Assembly (NCBI RefSeq): GCF_025526975.1
Contig: NW_026515682.1
Span: 680,725 to 700,724 of the forward strand
Direction of reading: 5' to 3'
DNA length: 20,000 bases
Source: Fimicolochytrium jonesii
Taxonomy: Eukaryota
A program made the translations under genes and the position numbers. Under the pieces are notes generated by a model, which saw nothing but the letters and a program-made list of their open reading frames with translations, searched no databases and was not told the origin of the DNA. Position 1 is the stretch's first letter. Each line of letters starts with the position of its first letter. This document shows, piece after piece, positions 1 to 10,197 of the stretch.

Positions 1-448
1 CTAGCTCTTTGTATTGATGGACGAAACGCACAACGGGTCCCATAGCCTCCAGGTTTTGCGCGTAGTAATTTGAAAGGATGATGTGCCAGGACCCTTCTCT
101 GCCCGATATCTGGAGTCGGGCATTTTGAAACTCCCCGAGTATGACCCTCTTGATTTCGCTTAGCGGGGTCTCGGCCTTGTCCACGTCAAAGTAGAGTTTC
201 CGCACATGGTCAGGCACAAGAATCTTGTAAATCCCGGCCTTCCACCTGAGAAGTTTGCACAGCTGTTCCCTGGTGACGGCGGACCACAACCGGCCCTTCT
301 TTGCCGTGAAGGATAAGATCGGGAACATTTCGTCCGTCAGATGGCGTAACACATGATCCTGTGTGCCGGTTTTGTCAACGTTGTTATTTCCGATCCATTC
401 AATCTTCCATGAAGTGGCCTTTCGAAAAGCTGTGGCGTCGGCCGTCAT
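1..448 (-). CDS. Archaeo-eukaryotic primase (PrimPol/NCLDV-herpes-type AEP), N-terminal part; runs off the window edge
   Basis: Manual translation from ATG at 448 is open for 149 codons to the edge: MTADATAFRKATSWKIEWIG...GIYKILVPDHVRKLYFDVDKAETPLSEIKRVILGEFQNARLQISGREGSWHIILSNYY... KLYFDVD matches AEP motif I (cf. PrimPol KLYFDLE) and SWHII matches motif II (SxH). Not in the ORF track because the stop is outside the window. Confidence 0.85.
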   Translation of the reverse strand, partial: MTADATAFRKATSWKIEWIGNNNVDKTGTQDHVLRHLTDEMFPILSFTAKKGRLWSAVTREQLCKLLRWKAGIYKILVPDHVRKLYFDVDKAETPLSEIKRVILGEFQNARLQISGREGSWHIILSNYYAQNLEAMGPVVRFVHQYKEL

Positions 449-494
449 TCGTAAGATAGCCCTCGTCACTGATATCCGAAACCAAAAAAAAGAA

Positions 495-502
495 TCAATT
501 TT
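495..502 (-). promoter_or_regulatory. AAAATTGA octamer (identical to the Mimiviridae early promoter) upstream of the primase
   Basis: tcaatttt at 495-502 reads AAAATTGA on the minus strand, 46 nt upstream of the primase ATG, in an AT-rich divergent intergenic gap. Single occurrence, so function is inferred only. Confidence 0.35.
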
Positions 503-570
503 GGACGCACCATGTGTTCAGAGCGGGCAAATCATTTTTACCTTCCTATTATCTAGACAACTGATAGGCG

Positions 571-1101
571 ATGGGCGTTCCTCTTTACAAATACACGGCG
601 GTGCTCTCTCTCCCGACCCGTGACGTGCAAGCAGTGTTCACTGCAAACACGCTACAGGGACTCTCACAGCAGCTGGGCTTATGTCCAGACACGATTCACC
701 GGCTGGTCGTCAAAGGTGACAATACAGGTTATAAGAAACTGGTGCCTTTCAGTATCAAGCGGGAGGCGTTGCCGAAGGCCATCATGACGTCGAAACCTGC
801 AAACATGAACGGTTGGAAGGTTCCGCCCATGGGTGGTGGTCCGACGCCGGTTACCCAGACTCCCATTGCCGGCGTCTGGACGAGCAAAGTGAACGAGGAT
901 ACCCGGTCGGTGATCGTTATGGCAAAAAAAGGTGGACTTTTCCGGGAAAGGGAGGGGGAAAGAAAGGGTCAAGGATTTTCTGCCTGTAGAACAACTGAAG
1001 ATGCTCGGTCGGTTCAAGGGATGCAAGATGGGTTGACTCCCTGCCGATCCGGAGGCCAAGCGAAGGAGGTCAGCTGGATATATTTTGGAACAACCGGTTA
1101 A
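571..1101 (+). CDS. Hypothetical virus-like protein with a possible N-terminal helix-turn-helix
   Basis: 176-aa ATG ORF divergent from the primase. TLQGLSQQLGLCPDTIHRLVVKG is HTH-like. The C-terminal frame is uncertain (possible frameshift near 950-960). Its stop is 6 nt from the convergent ORF ending at 1108. Confidence 0.5.
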   Translation: MGVPLYKYTAVLSLPTRDVQAVFTANTLQGLSQQLGLCPDTIHRLVVKGDNTGYKKLVPFSIKREALPKAIMTSKPANMNGWKVPPMGGGPTPVTQTPIAGVWTSKVNEDTRSVIVMAKKGGLFREREGERKGQGFSACRTTEDARSVQGMQDGLTPCRSGGQAKEVSWIYFGTTG

Positions 1102-1107
1102 TATGAG

Positions 1108-1470
1108 CTAAAGCTTGTAATCAACGCTTCCCAGGAACTCCCTCCATTTGCTCACGACACCCTCGAAGTCCTCAACCAGTGCTTTACTCAGTTGCGCGCA
1201 ATGGATGGCTCCCAAAAGAAGATCAATGTCGCTTTCGGACGTGTCCTCGCCGGCTAGTACGCGCCGACTGATTTCGCCGAGCCTGGTGCTGTCATGGCTG
1301 GCGAAGGTCTGGAAGTAGACGCAGGTGCAACCCTTGGATCGTCCGGACGTGTGGATGAATTGTGCACGGATTGAATCGCGAGCGTGCTCATCCGTGTGGT
1401 TCTTCATGTCGCTGTCCATGACTTGCTGGAAACGCACTAGCTCTTGTTGGTGTACACAGGTGGTTGCCAT
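1108..1470 (-). CDS. Hypothetical protein (120 aa, helical)
   Basis: ATG-TAG ORF with protein-like amphipathic composition, a TATAAG box about 45 nt upstream on the minus strand, and tight convergent packing with 571-1101. Confidence 0.55.
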   Translation of the reverse strand: MATTCVHQQELVRFQQVMDSDMKNHTDEHARDSIRAQFIHTSGRSKGCTCVYFQTFASHDSTRLGEISRRVLAGEDTSESDIDLLLGAIHCAQLSKALVEDFEGVVSKWREFLGSVDYKL

Positions 1471-2248
1471 GTTGTTCTGGTGGTTTGCCTACAACCAGTT
1501 GAAACGTTGCCCTTATAACCTTGCGCGGCTGACAACAAACTGACAGCGATACCGTGTTGTCCAGTAGGGATCCATTAGCGATTACATAATTAGTTGAAAA
1601 ATTATCGACAGCGCGTCTCCCACATCTTCAATTGGTGATGATGGATGGGGGAAAAGGAAATAGTCAAATACTTCACCCATAGGAAGTCACCTTCACGGCG
1701 CGCAACCTCGTTCCTTTCTGTGCTCAGGATGTGCTGCCCAAGACCGCAATGGACGCAAACCCATGCTCAACTCTGTTCACAGAAGACTTGAAGAGGGCTT
1801 TTCGTATATCCTGCCGACTGCTTCCCGGCTCCAGTGGGTGCCCTTCTATACAACCTGTTGCACGCAGTGCCAAAGAAGTTTCGGCACGAATGGGGCAGGG
1901 TATAAGACACATATTGGGGCGCTTCAATCAGAGCCGCTCCCAGAGTGGCCCTTCGAGGCCTGGACATCACCATATGGGGCACGTGCAATCCGCCCTTGAT
2001 CAAGAAGTGCACGCATAGGTTGGAATTAAACCAAGGATCAAAGGTTGCAGCCTTTGGACTACTTTGGCTAGATGAAGCGCGATCGTGTTTGGAGAAAACC
2101 GGTACTGGAATCCCGCATCGAGAATCAAAATTAAAAGATGGATCTAGAGAGCCTGTGAGACTAAATTTCATTGAGATCACACGCTCCACACCGTATAATA
2201 CAAAGATGGAAGTCTTACAGAAACAATTTGAGGCCTGCTCCTACGCTA

Positions 2249-3049
2249 TCAGGTGAACCACGGTACATTTCCATATTCCTGTACATGCGAGCGGAAGTAT
2301 GGATGTTTCGTTATGCGTTCTATGTACCATTCGTGCAGAGGCAACAGGAGCTCGCTCTCCAAAGCCTGCCCTTTGGCCCATCGCCGACTTTTGTCATGCA
2401 TTCTTATATGCATGATATCGCACTCCATGATGCGCAGAGACTCGATACAGTCCTCTCAATGGCCACGCAAACCGAGGAATTCCACCCTTTGCCTGACGAA
2501 CTGGGATGCGTCTGTGGCAGTTCCTACATTGCGTAGATAGTATACCGTGCCCTCCTTCCCTTCCTCCAGGTGGTAGACCTCCTCAAAGGCCTGTGCGTCA
2601 CATGCGGCCCTCCCCTCCCTCTCCCTCGCCACTGAGCACATGCAGTTGTGCATCGAACGGAGTCCCAGTGTTTTGGGAGTGATATGCTCCGCCAAGATTG
2701 AGAGCTTCAAGAGCTCTTCTGGTGTAAGGTGTCGTTGATCGTCGATGTTCCCATTGCAGAGCCCCGGCATGTGATCGGTTGCACACCTGAGCCAGAATCG
2801 CAGAAGAAGGCCGTCCGGACAACGCTCAGCGAGGTACGTATCATCATCAACTACCCTTGTGATTGGGAACCTACACCCCAACAGCTTGTGGTTCAGCTGC
2901 CCAAACTTGCACATTTCCGAATGACGTGCGTGATCATGTAGTGCATCGAGTTTATCAAGGTGCAGTTCTACGTCCGAGAGCTGGTCGGTGAGCATGGCAA
3001 ATGTTCGGATGATTGGGTCGGTCCCGTTGGGGAGTGGAGGAGATACCAT
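2249..3049 (-). pseudogene. Hypothetical protein gene interrupted by one in-frame TGA
   Basis: The 197-aa ORF ends at TGA 2456-2458, but the same frame stays open for 68 more protein-like codons (EDCIESLRIMECDIMHIRMHDKSRRWAKGQALESELLLPLHEWYIERITKHPYFRSHVQEYGNVPWFT) to TGA-TAG at 2251-2246. TATATAAG lies about 65 nt upstream of the ATG. Confidence 0.55.
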
Positions 3050-4301
3050 TTGGAGGTCGCTTCGATGAAGAATGTCGGTTTTTGCCGTGCGTTTTCATTT
3101 CGTCCCAGGCGAGCTTATATAGAAATTCTCCAACTCAGGATGGACATGGCGCCCCCCGCTGCTGTGAAACACATTTCGCTCCTCTGTCTGTAATCGAAGG
3201 TTCGCCTGCGCTGGGACCTATCGTAGCATAGGGTATCTGTGACGCGTTCGGCGTTTCTCATATTAGACCGATAGTTCGTCGCCATAGAGGGTGAGTCTGG
3301 CCGTACGACTTCCTGAACTTTGAAGGATAGAAGACCATTCAAGAGTCATCATTCCTGCGGGAAGGCCACCAGCAGAAGAGAATGATTTGATGATCTGTCT
3401 CTTAGGGATTAAGAACCTTAACGCACGGGTGCTTCTTAGAATTTCGAAGGTAATTCTCCGCCACCAAATCGAAGCGCGGGATAGAGCCGGGTTCACCCCT
3501 CATCCCATGACAGCAGGAGCGATCTGCCAATCTCTTCGGTACTGGCGGAGAAAGTCTGGCACAGCGCTAAGTTCGGCTCATATCGATGGGTTTCATGTGA
3601 AGTCAAAGGCTTGCATCAGCCATGAAGCATGAAGAAGCCAAAAGGGCGGGAGAAGGCAAGCGACTTGTTCTTCTTTGTCATGCCAATCAACGACGTGTAC
3701 GGTGAAAGATCGTTGGGGACTGTGCTGGAAGGATTTTGTGTCTACGAACAGTTACTGTCTGGTTGGAAAAGCCGTTCTTTATCAATCCGTTTCCGAGGGG
3801 GCGAGAAGAGTTCTAAGCCCAGCTCTTTATATACTCTCCCGGGAGTTTGATGTGTTCAAAGCGAGGTTCTCTGACCCGCCGCAGATCTGTCAATTCTGAT
3901 TGCTGCCCCTGTGGGTCAGAAGCAAATTACAAACCACGAATCCGAGAAGCTTCTATGGGCCAACAACCCCTGCGCGCCCAAAAGTCTGTGGGGCGCGTAG
4001 TTATGACCGTCGAATACTGGGAAAGATGGAGGTGCTAAAGTACCTTGTGCTTGAGGGGCGTGGAGACTGAATGAAACCGGATCATGAAGGATGCGCGCTA
4101 GACTCCTGTACCCCTGGATCATATGCTGTGTCCGACAGTAAACGCTCCGCAGTAACTGACATGATTCGACAGAGCGTTGTGGTAGCGATGTTTGTCAAGT
4201 CTTGCTAGGCTTGGTTGATCAAACCTGTTGTCGCTCCCGCCAACGACCACAAACCTTGCATCTTTTTTGATAGAACCAGAGAGGGGGGCTTTGGTCGTCA
4301 G

Positions 4302-4378
4302 AAAAAAGGGTGTTGTCACGCCAGTTTGAGATATCTCTATAAGGACTGACCCAACTAGCGTGACAACGCCCCTTTTTT
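4302..4378. repeat. Imperfect ~26-bp inverted repeat (hairpin) with ~24-nt spacer
   Basis: AAAAAAGGGTGTTGTCACGCCAGTTT (4302-4327) versus the reverse complement of 4352-4378 (AAAAAAGGGGCGTTGTCACGCTAGTTG). Confidence 0.8.
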
Positions 4379-4638
4379 GTGCCCGCATCCACCCTCTGGC
4401 ACTCTTGCGGTTAAAGTGCGATCTCCGCCGGAACGCCACCAACTCCGACACCGAGATTCTTCAGTCTGTTGTCAGGTATTGAGTAAGAGCGGGAAAGAAA
4501 TCATTCTGAGGACACCTCTTCTTCAGCTGATTTGACTCCGGAAGGGCCCTTCGGTTGCGAGCCTCAAAACTTCTTCAAGGCCAAGTCCTATAAGCCCTAC
4601 AGACATCATATCATTATATCACTATAACAAACCAACCC

Positions 4639-5287
4639 CTAATCGCTCTCACTCTCACCCTCCTCCCCGCTACTACAATCCTCACACTCGCCGCCATCCG
4701 TCTCGCTCTCGCTCTCGCTCTCACTTGCCACCGGTCAAATCCGCTTCTTGCTCTCCGCTCCGATCGCCTGCCTACCACTGCCACGGATTGCCATGTGTCC
4801 CTCACCAAACACCTGCATCAACCCCGCAAACGCGTTGCGAGACTCCCTCCCTGTCTGAAACATCGTAGCCTCAATGGTGCTCAATTTGCCCCCGTCGCTC
4901 AAAACCCTTCCGGTGCTTCTTGTGCACCCGCTTCTCGATCCTGATCGATCCCGTGGCATCTGGGATGATAACGGATGACACAAGGGCCCCGGACTTAAGC
5001 TTCTTGTTGATCCGGCAACGATAGCCGTTCTCACGGTCATCAATGACGATGACTCCGTTTCGGTCGACGGTCTCGATGAACCCCGCTTTGACCGATCGTG
5101 GCTTGCAAGAGGTAGAGGTGCCGACCATCGTCTCGATGCCGGCCTTCTGGTCAACGATGGCTTGCGCAAGGCGCTCTTTGGTTCAGCCGGTAGCGTGGTT
5201 GACCTTGTTTTTTTCGCAGAGGCGGAGAAGACCCTCCTTGGTGTGGTCCTCAACAAGGTCCTTCACCTCACGTGTGAGCTTGGCCAT
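4639..5287 (-). pseudogene. Degraded gene with an N-terminal SAP/HeH (Rho-N-like) motif and an acidic tail
   Basis: ATG 5287: MAKLTREVKDLVEDHTKEGLLRLCEKNKVNHATG*TKERLAQAIVDQK (TGA 5183-5185) is in frame with ORF 4871-5128. A probable frameshift near 4880-4930 leads into ...KLSTIEATMFQ...ESKKRI*PVASESESESETDGGECEDCSSGEEGESESD* (TGA 4735-4737, TAG 4639-4641). Confidence 0.55.
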
Positions 5288-5552
5288 TGTCTTTGATATC
5301 CGTTGGTAACGGTTGGCGGGGGATCAGGGCAAATGTGCTCGGCGAACTGTGACCAACTGCAGCGAACGTCGCCAAGTGGGGCTGAAAGACTTTGGGAAGA
5401 AGAGGGGCGTTGCCGACCACGCCTGGCCTTTATAGCCATCGCGGGCCGCTGTTTCCTCTTCCCCAACCAAAGGAAAGTGACGACATCTGCGCTTTGATTG
5501 GATGAAAGCTGTAACACATTTTTCTCTTTACGGCCACTTATACTGAAACTTT

Positions 5553-8128
5553 TCACCGCTCTGCCTCCAGCATATGCTTGAGCGCATCCAGCGAGGTGCG
5601 CACTAGATAATCCCCTCCGCTGGTAAGGTAATCAATTGGCCACGCAATCTCTTGCGGGATCCTCTTACGAACCACCTCCTTGGCGTCCGGACTGAGCAAG
5701 GGGCCATCAGCATGCGTCCTTTCCGAGGGCTTCAATGCCATCAAGAGTGCATCGGTCCCTCCTTCGGTTCGTACGACCTTGCCAAACCCAGGGTTTCCGT
5801 GGTTGTTCCAGAACCCAACCACCGAGTCTATCGCGGGCAAGACGGGCATCGACAAACTACTGCTCCCCCCATCAGGTGACCCAAGCACGACCCATTTGAA
5901 TCCGTTTGTTGCAAACTCCACAGCCTTTTGTTTCCAACCCAACGATCAGACGTTGTTGTACACCGATTGTTGCATCCTAATAAGCAGCAGAAGATTAGCC
6001 ACGCGGCGAGAGATATCCGGACCCTCCTCTGATGGTCTGCCTCCAAATCCATACCTGACAGTGTGCCGCATCGCGCTGCTAGCCGATTCTCTCAAACGCT
6101 GTTGATCCTCCCCGTCTGATGATTCGATGAACGTGGCAAACGCATGCCGCAATGCGTTGGGGCCGATGTTCGATATGCCAGAGCGCTGCTCGACGATGCC
6201 GGATATATAGGCAGTCCAATCACGTGCATCCTCAAAGGAGTCCCCATTCCGCTTGCAGAACAGGAACCCGTGAGGTTTTCCCCCCGTGACAATCTCCCAG
6301 ACCCTTGGGTCCATCAGCCACAAAAGATACTTGATGAGGACCTCCTCGTCGTTTGGAAGTTCGATCCTGTCTTGCTGTCCGTTGGAGAGACTATTCTTGT
6401 AATCACTGATGACCGCGACATGACGTCCATGGGAGGTGCTGATGTGGTTCAGAAGCGAGTCTCTGCTCTCCCTCTCCGATAAGAGGCGGCCGAGAAGTAG
6501 CCGGACTTCTTTGGATCTGGCCGGAGGCATGCAAGCGTAGAAAGTCAGTGCCACGTACTTTTGCACTTCGATGGCCAATTCTCTGCTGATGTCCGGCATA
6601 GGCGAGGTGCCCCAGAGGGTTTTCAGAGCCAGCCGTTCCTGATGTACCGCTTCTAAGAACTGCGTAAGATGAAAAGAGACGTCAGAAGGCGGGATCGCGT
6701 CGGGTCGCACAGTGTAAAATTGCAGGACCGACCTGTTCCCATATGATCACCCCAGGGGTTTGAGAGTCCTTGTCGTTCCTGTCCCGCTCGGCCAGAGTCT
6801 GGTTTCTATTGCGTGCGCGCATGAGCCTCGCGGTGTTAGGGTCTGCGGCCGCCGTCCTGTTGCTTGGATCCTCGTTTTCGGCTAAGCGGTATCTCAGCAC
6901 ATCTATGGCCGAGGTTATGTGGTTTGCCAGGCTTCCCGGGCTCAGGCCTCTAATGCGGCTGAGATAACCGTCGACGTATTTGATCTACGGGAGGGCTTTT
7001 AACAAATGCGGGTGGAAAGTCATCCCAAAGTCATCCGCTCTGCGCATTGCTTACCAGGAACCAGTCAACATCCTCGAAATGCTCGAACGAAGGAGTTCGA
7101 GACCGTCCAGATTCCTTCAACCAGCCCAAGAAGCCGCATATCCTCTCGCGGGACTTTGCGATGGTCTGTTTGTTCCAAGGCCGACCATGCCCCCGTCTGC
7201 GCTCGTATGGCACGCTGAAGAACGCGCGTAGGCCATGGAACTCCAGATGATTTAGGGGCGTCATCTCGAAACTTTGTAAAGTGTAGCTAGAAGTTTGCGG
7301 ACTTTAGATACGATGGTCCTTTGAATGCGAGGCGGTGAAGACCTGGGAAACATACCACTTGAAACGCAAAACGCTCTTGATCCCTCGGCTCAGATCCTCG
7401 TTGTCCACATCTGGCATAACTCCACGTTGATGACCTGCCGCACCCTCGGATGACGATCCGATCCCCGCATGACTACCGCTGGGCCGGATATTGGACTCGG
7501 GTATGACAGGCACTGGAGTCCGCTGCGGATTACCCGGTGTTGGCGGCGTAGCAAGCAAGCGGGGGATAGGGGCGTGATCAATCACTTCGGAATCGGAAGT
7601 GCCCGGGTTCGCCCTGGACATCAATGGGCTTAGTCGCTGACTTTGCGGTGTGAGGGGCGGGCTGAGGCTCCGGAACTGCAGACCAAGCGGTACATCGTCC
7701 GTTTCGGGCGTCGACCGGTCTTCCTCAGCCGTTGAGGGCGAGCCCTGTTGAGCAACCACCAGCTCGCTGACGTCTGGCTCAACCCGGTCGTTTTCGCTCT
7801 CCAGTTCTGCCCTAGTCTCCGCTGTTTGCTTTAAAGGACTCCCGTTCTGATGATGCCCCATCCCTTGAAGAATGCCGCTCAATCCTCCTTCCTCCACGAA
7901 GCATAGGTGGGATGCTGTCATGGCGTACGCCGAGGTCGCTTTGAACTCCTTCAGCTCTGCCCCGCTCAGCACTAACGTAGACACTTCGGCTTTCCTTCTG
8001 TGCAGGATGCCTCGAACTCGGCCATAGGCCACGCCTAGAGCACCACACACGTCCTTCAGAAGAAAGAACGACGTCCCCGAGCTTTCATCTGCAAGGAGAA
8101 AAGGATTGAGATGAGATAGGGGTTCCAT
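5553..8128 (-). CDS. Five-exon tyrosine recombinase/integrase with an N-terminal BRO-N-like domain; in-frame TGA just after the catalytic Tyr
   Basis: Exons 8128-7356, 7286-7055, 6984-6733, 6659-6055, 5976-5553. Introns of 69, 70, 73 and 78 nt (GTATGT..TAG, GTAAGC..TAG, GTCGGT..CTGAC..CAG, GTATGG..GCTAAT..TAG) are all phase-compatible. YR motifs: PPARSKE (R), DYKNS (K), GPNALRHAFAT (NxxR in place of HxxR), spliced MRHTVRMQQSVY (H...Y). BRO-N-like: FFLLKDVCGALG...LCFVEEGGLSGIL. TGA at 5946-5948 gives 630 aa; the frame continues through ORF 5553-5942 (762 codons in total). Confidence 0.85.
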
Positions 8129-9747
8129 GTGAGAACAAGGCAGGAACCATCCCTCTCTCTTTCTTGCTTTTGCTCACCTTTCAAAGCGGGAACTTCCTTC
8201 GAGCCCACATGCTCACGGCAAATGGTAAGGGGCACGGGATGCGACGATATTTGGAGGGACATGTTCGAGATATTGTTTCCGATATTGCGGGTAGAGGGTA
8301 GAGAAAATGGAACGACAAAGTCCGCCGTGGCTGCCAGGCACCCTTGAGCAGGCCCATTTTCATGCCGCAAGCTTGCGACAGAAACTTTGCCTCACTCACG
8401 TGACACGCATCCCCTCCGCCGCTCGACCAACCATATTCCGCCAAAACGCCGCACCATCACACCATAACAGGCCATAGCCTGGCTGCGGTACGGCCTCTTC
8501 CATCAAATCAGTCTAGCGGATTTGGGGGAAACCAAAAGCATCAGCGATCCTATCGTCAACAGACCAAGGTTCACATTATAATCCGCTTACCTTGACTTTA
8601 AAACCTTTCCTTCATATATCAATCCGGTAGCCATTCCGTCTGTCGCGCGATCGTCTTTGGCGGCGGCAGGGTTAACAACTTTGATGATGGGACGAGGACG
8701 ACGGCACAGGTCGAAGCAATCTGTGCAGCCTCAGCCCTGACCGTATCGGAGCATCGTCAAATGACTAAGATCTTATGGTTTTGCATCCCCGTTGGACCCT
8801 CCCTCGACAGATAAGATCTCGTGAACTGAATACTGACTGGGGGAGCCGGCAGGCTTATTGAAACCGAGGGCGGGTGACCATAATGCCGACTATCGGGCGC
8901 TGAGCCGGCAACTCTCAAACCGATCCTCCTTGCGCAGGCGCGAGGTTTGGACGTTTTCGCGAAGTATTTGGCCGCCGTTCTCGGTGAGCGCCTTACTCCG
9001 CGGCCCCCACCAACCCGCTCGCTCCACCGCACCGCAAATCTGTCCGGCAATAAGAACCAGAAGGGCGGAAAGGGCTGTGTTGACCATCTCCAGCTCGTGA
9101 ATTTTTGCAAGCGCGCTAGTTCGGCTCGCCACCGTTGCGGAGTCGTCGTGGAGGTTGTTCGATACGTACAGCTCGCCTAGTTGTCCCCCAAGGTTCCAGG
9201 TGGTGAGCAGGATTCTTGCAATTCTGGAGAGAGCGAGCATCCAAGCGTGGACGCCGTCCTCCGAGACAAGTTTCCATAGGACGTAGGCCAGCTACAAAAA
9301 AGGTCTTTCGATTTTAACGCCGGTGGCTTTCAGCGTGCACGTTGTCTTCCTGTTGAAGAGGTCGGTGAACGAGAGTGAGAGAAAGGACGTAGCTAGAGGG
9401 CCTTTGAGATGACTGTCGTTGTTGTGCTCACAAAGGCGGGTTCGCTCACGGCGTTGGGCAACACGTGATGCCCCACCGACAGCCTAAGATGGACGCGCTG
9501 TCGAAAGCGGGTTGGAAGGGTGACTTTGAGGAAACGTCCATCGAAGCTCTTCAAAAAGCCGCTCGCAGCCTTGCTGACCTTGTCCTCTCGTTATACAAGC
9601 ATTCGGCATGAGAGCCCCGTACTACCTGTCGGTGCGGGTTGTGCTACCGGTTGTTTCTGCCGAAAAACTCTTCCATCCGCCCACGCACCCCACAGGCGAC
9701 CGTACCCCTTCGACAGAGATATTTGCCCCTGGAACGTTTGAGGATCG

Positions 9748-10011
9748 ATGTCCGTTCGGCAGACCCCAAATGCACTGGTCCCTCCACCCATGAATTCGCG
9801 ATCAGGTCAGACATGCTGTTTTGTGCCGCCGGCCTATACGGTCCTGCTTGTTCCCAACTATATTCTTGCGACCGCCGGCGGGACGTGGATAGTCAATGCA
9901 GCGACCTCCATCTCCACTCGAACATCATCGGCCAATGACATCAACGCACTTGGGCGTCCACTTCCGCAAAAGGCTGGTCGCGTAAAGAAGGAAGACCACG
10001 ATACTCGATAA
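9748..10011 (+). CDS. 87-aa orphan protein, paralogue A (PPxYTVLLVPNYIL family)
   Basis: Homologous to 18399-18662. Many differences in the conserved core are synonymous in this frame (ctg/cta, ctt/ttg, gtt/gtc, ccc/ccg, tat/tac, att/atc). Confidence 0.6.
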   Translation: MSVRQTPNALVPPPMNSRSGQTCCFVPPAYTVLLVPNYILATAGGTWIVNAATSISTRTSSANDINALGRPLPQKAGRVKKEDHDTR

Positions 10012-10197
10012 TTTCCATTCTTGACACGCCGTCACTATAGCCAACCGACGCCACCGCATTGGTATGCATATTGACCCCCTTGTTGTCTACTTTGGGTTCT
10101 GTTCTCACTTTCTCGCTGTCCCCTTGTGCTTTAGGACGGCATATGATCATCTGCAAGAACATCCGTGGTCTGGGAAGTGCGGTAACTGGACTGCTAC

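Noticed and set aside
3100..4300. Several short overlapping ORFs on both strands
   Set aside because: No consistent frame, splice model or motif could be reconstructed.
4700..4724. (CTCGCT)n microsatellite
   Set aside because: Explained as the ESESES acidic tail of the minus-strand pseudogene 4639-5287.
5652..6482. Plus-strand ORFs 5652-5879, 5680-6105 and 6144-6482
   Set aside because: Antisense shadows of the recombinase exons; 12681-13169 and 15886-16290 are likewise shadows of minus-strand genes.
8773..9460. Long minus-strand frame around ORF 8890-9240 interrupted by two TAG codons
   Set aside because: May be a pseudogene, but it has no recognisable motif or clear start.
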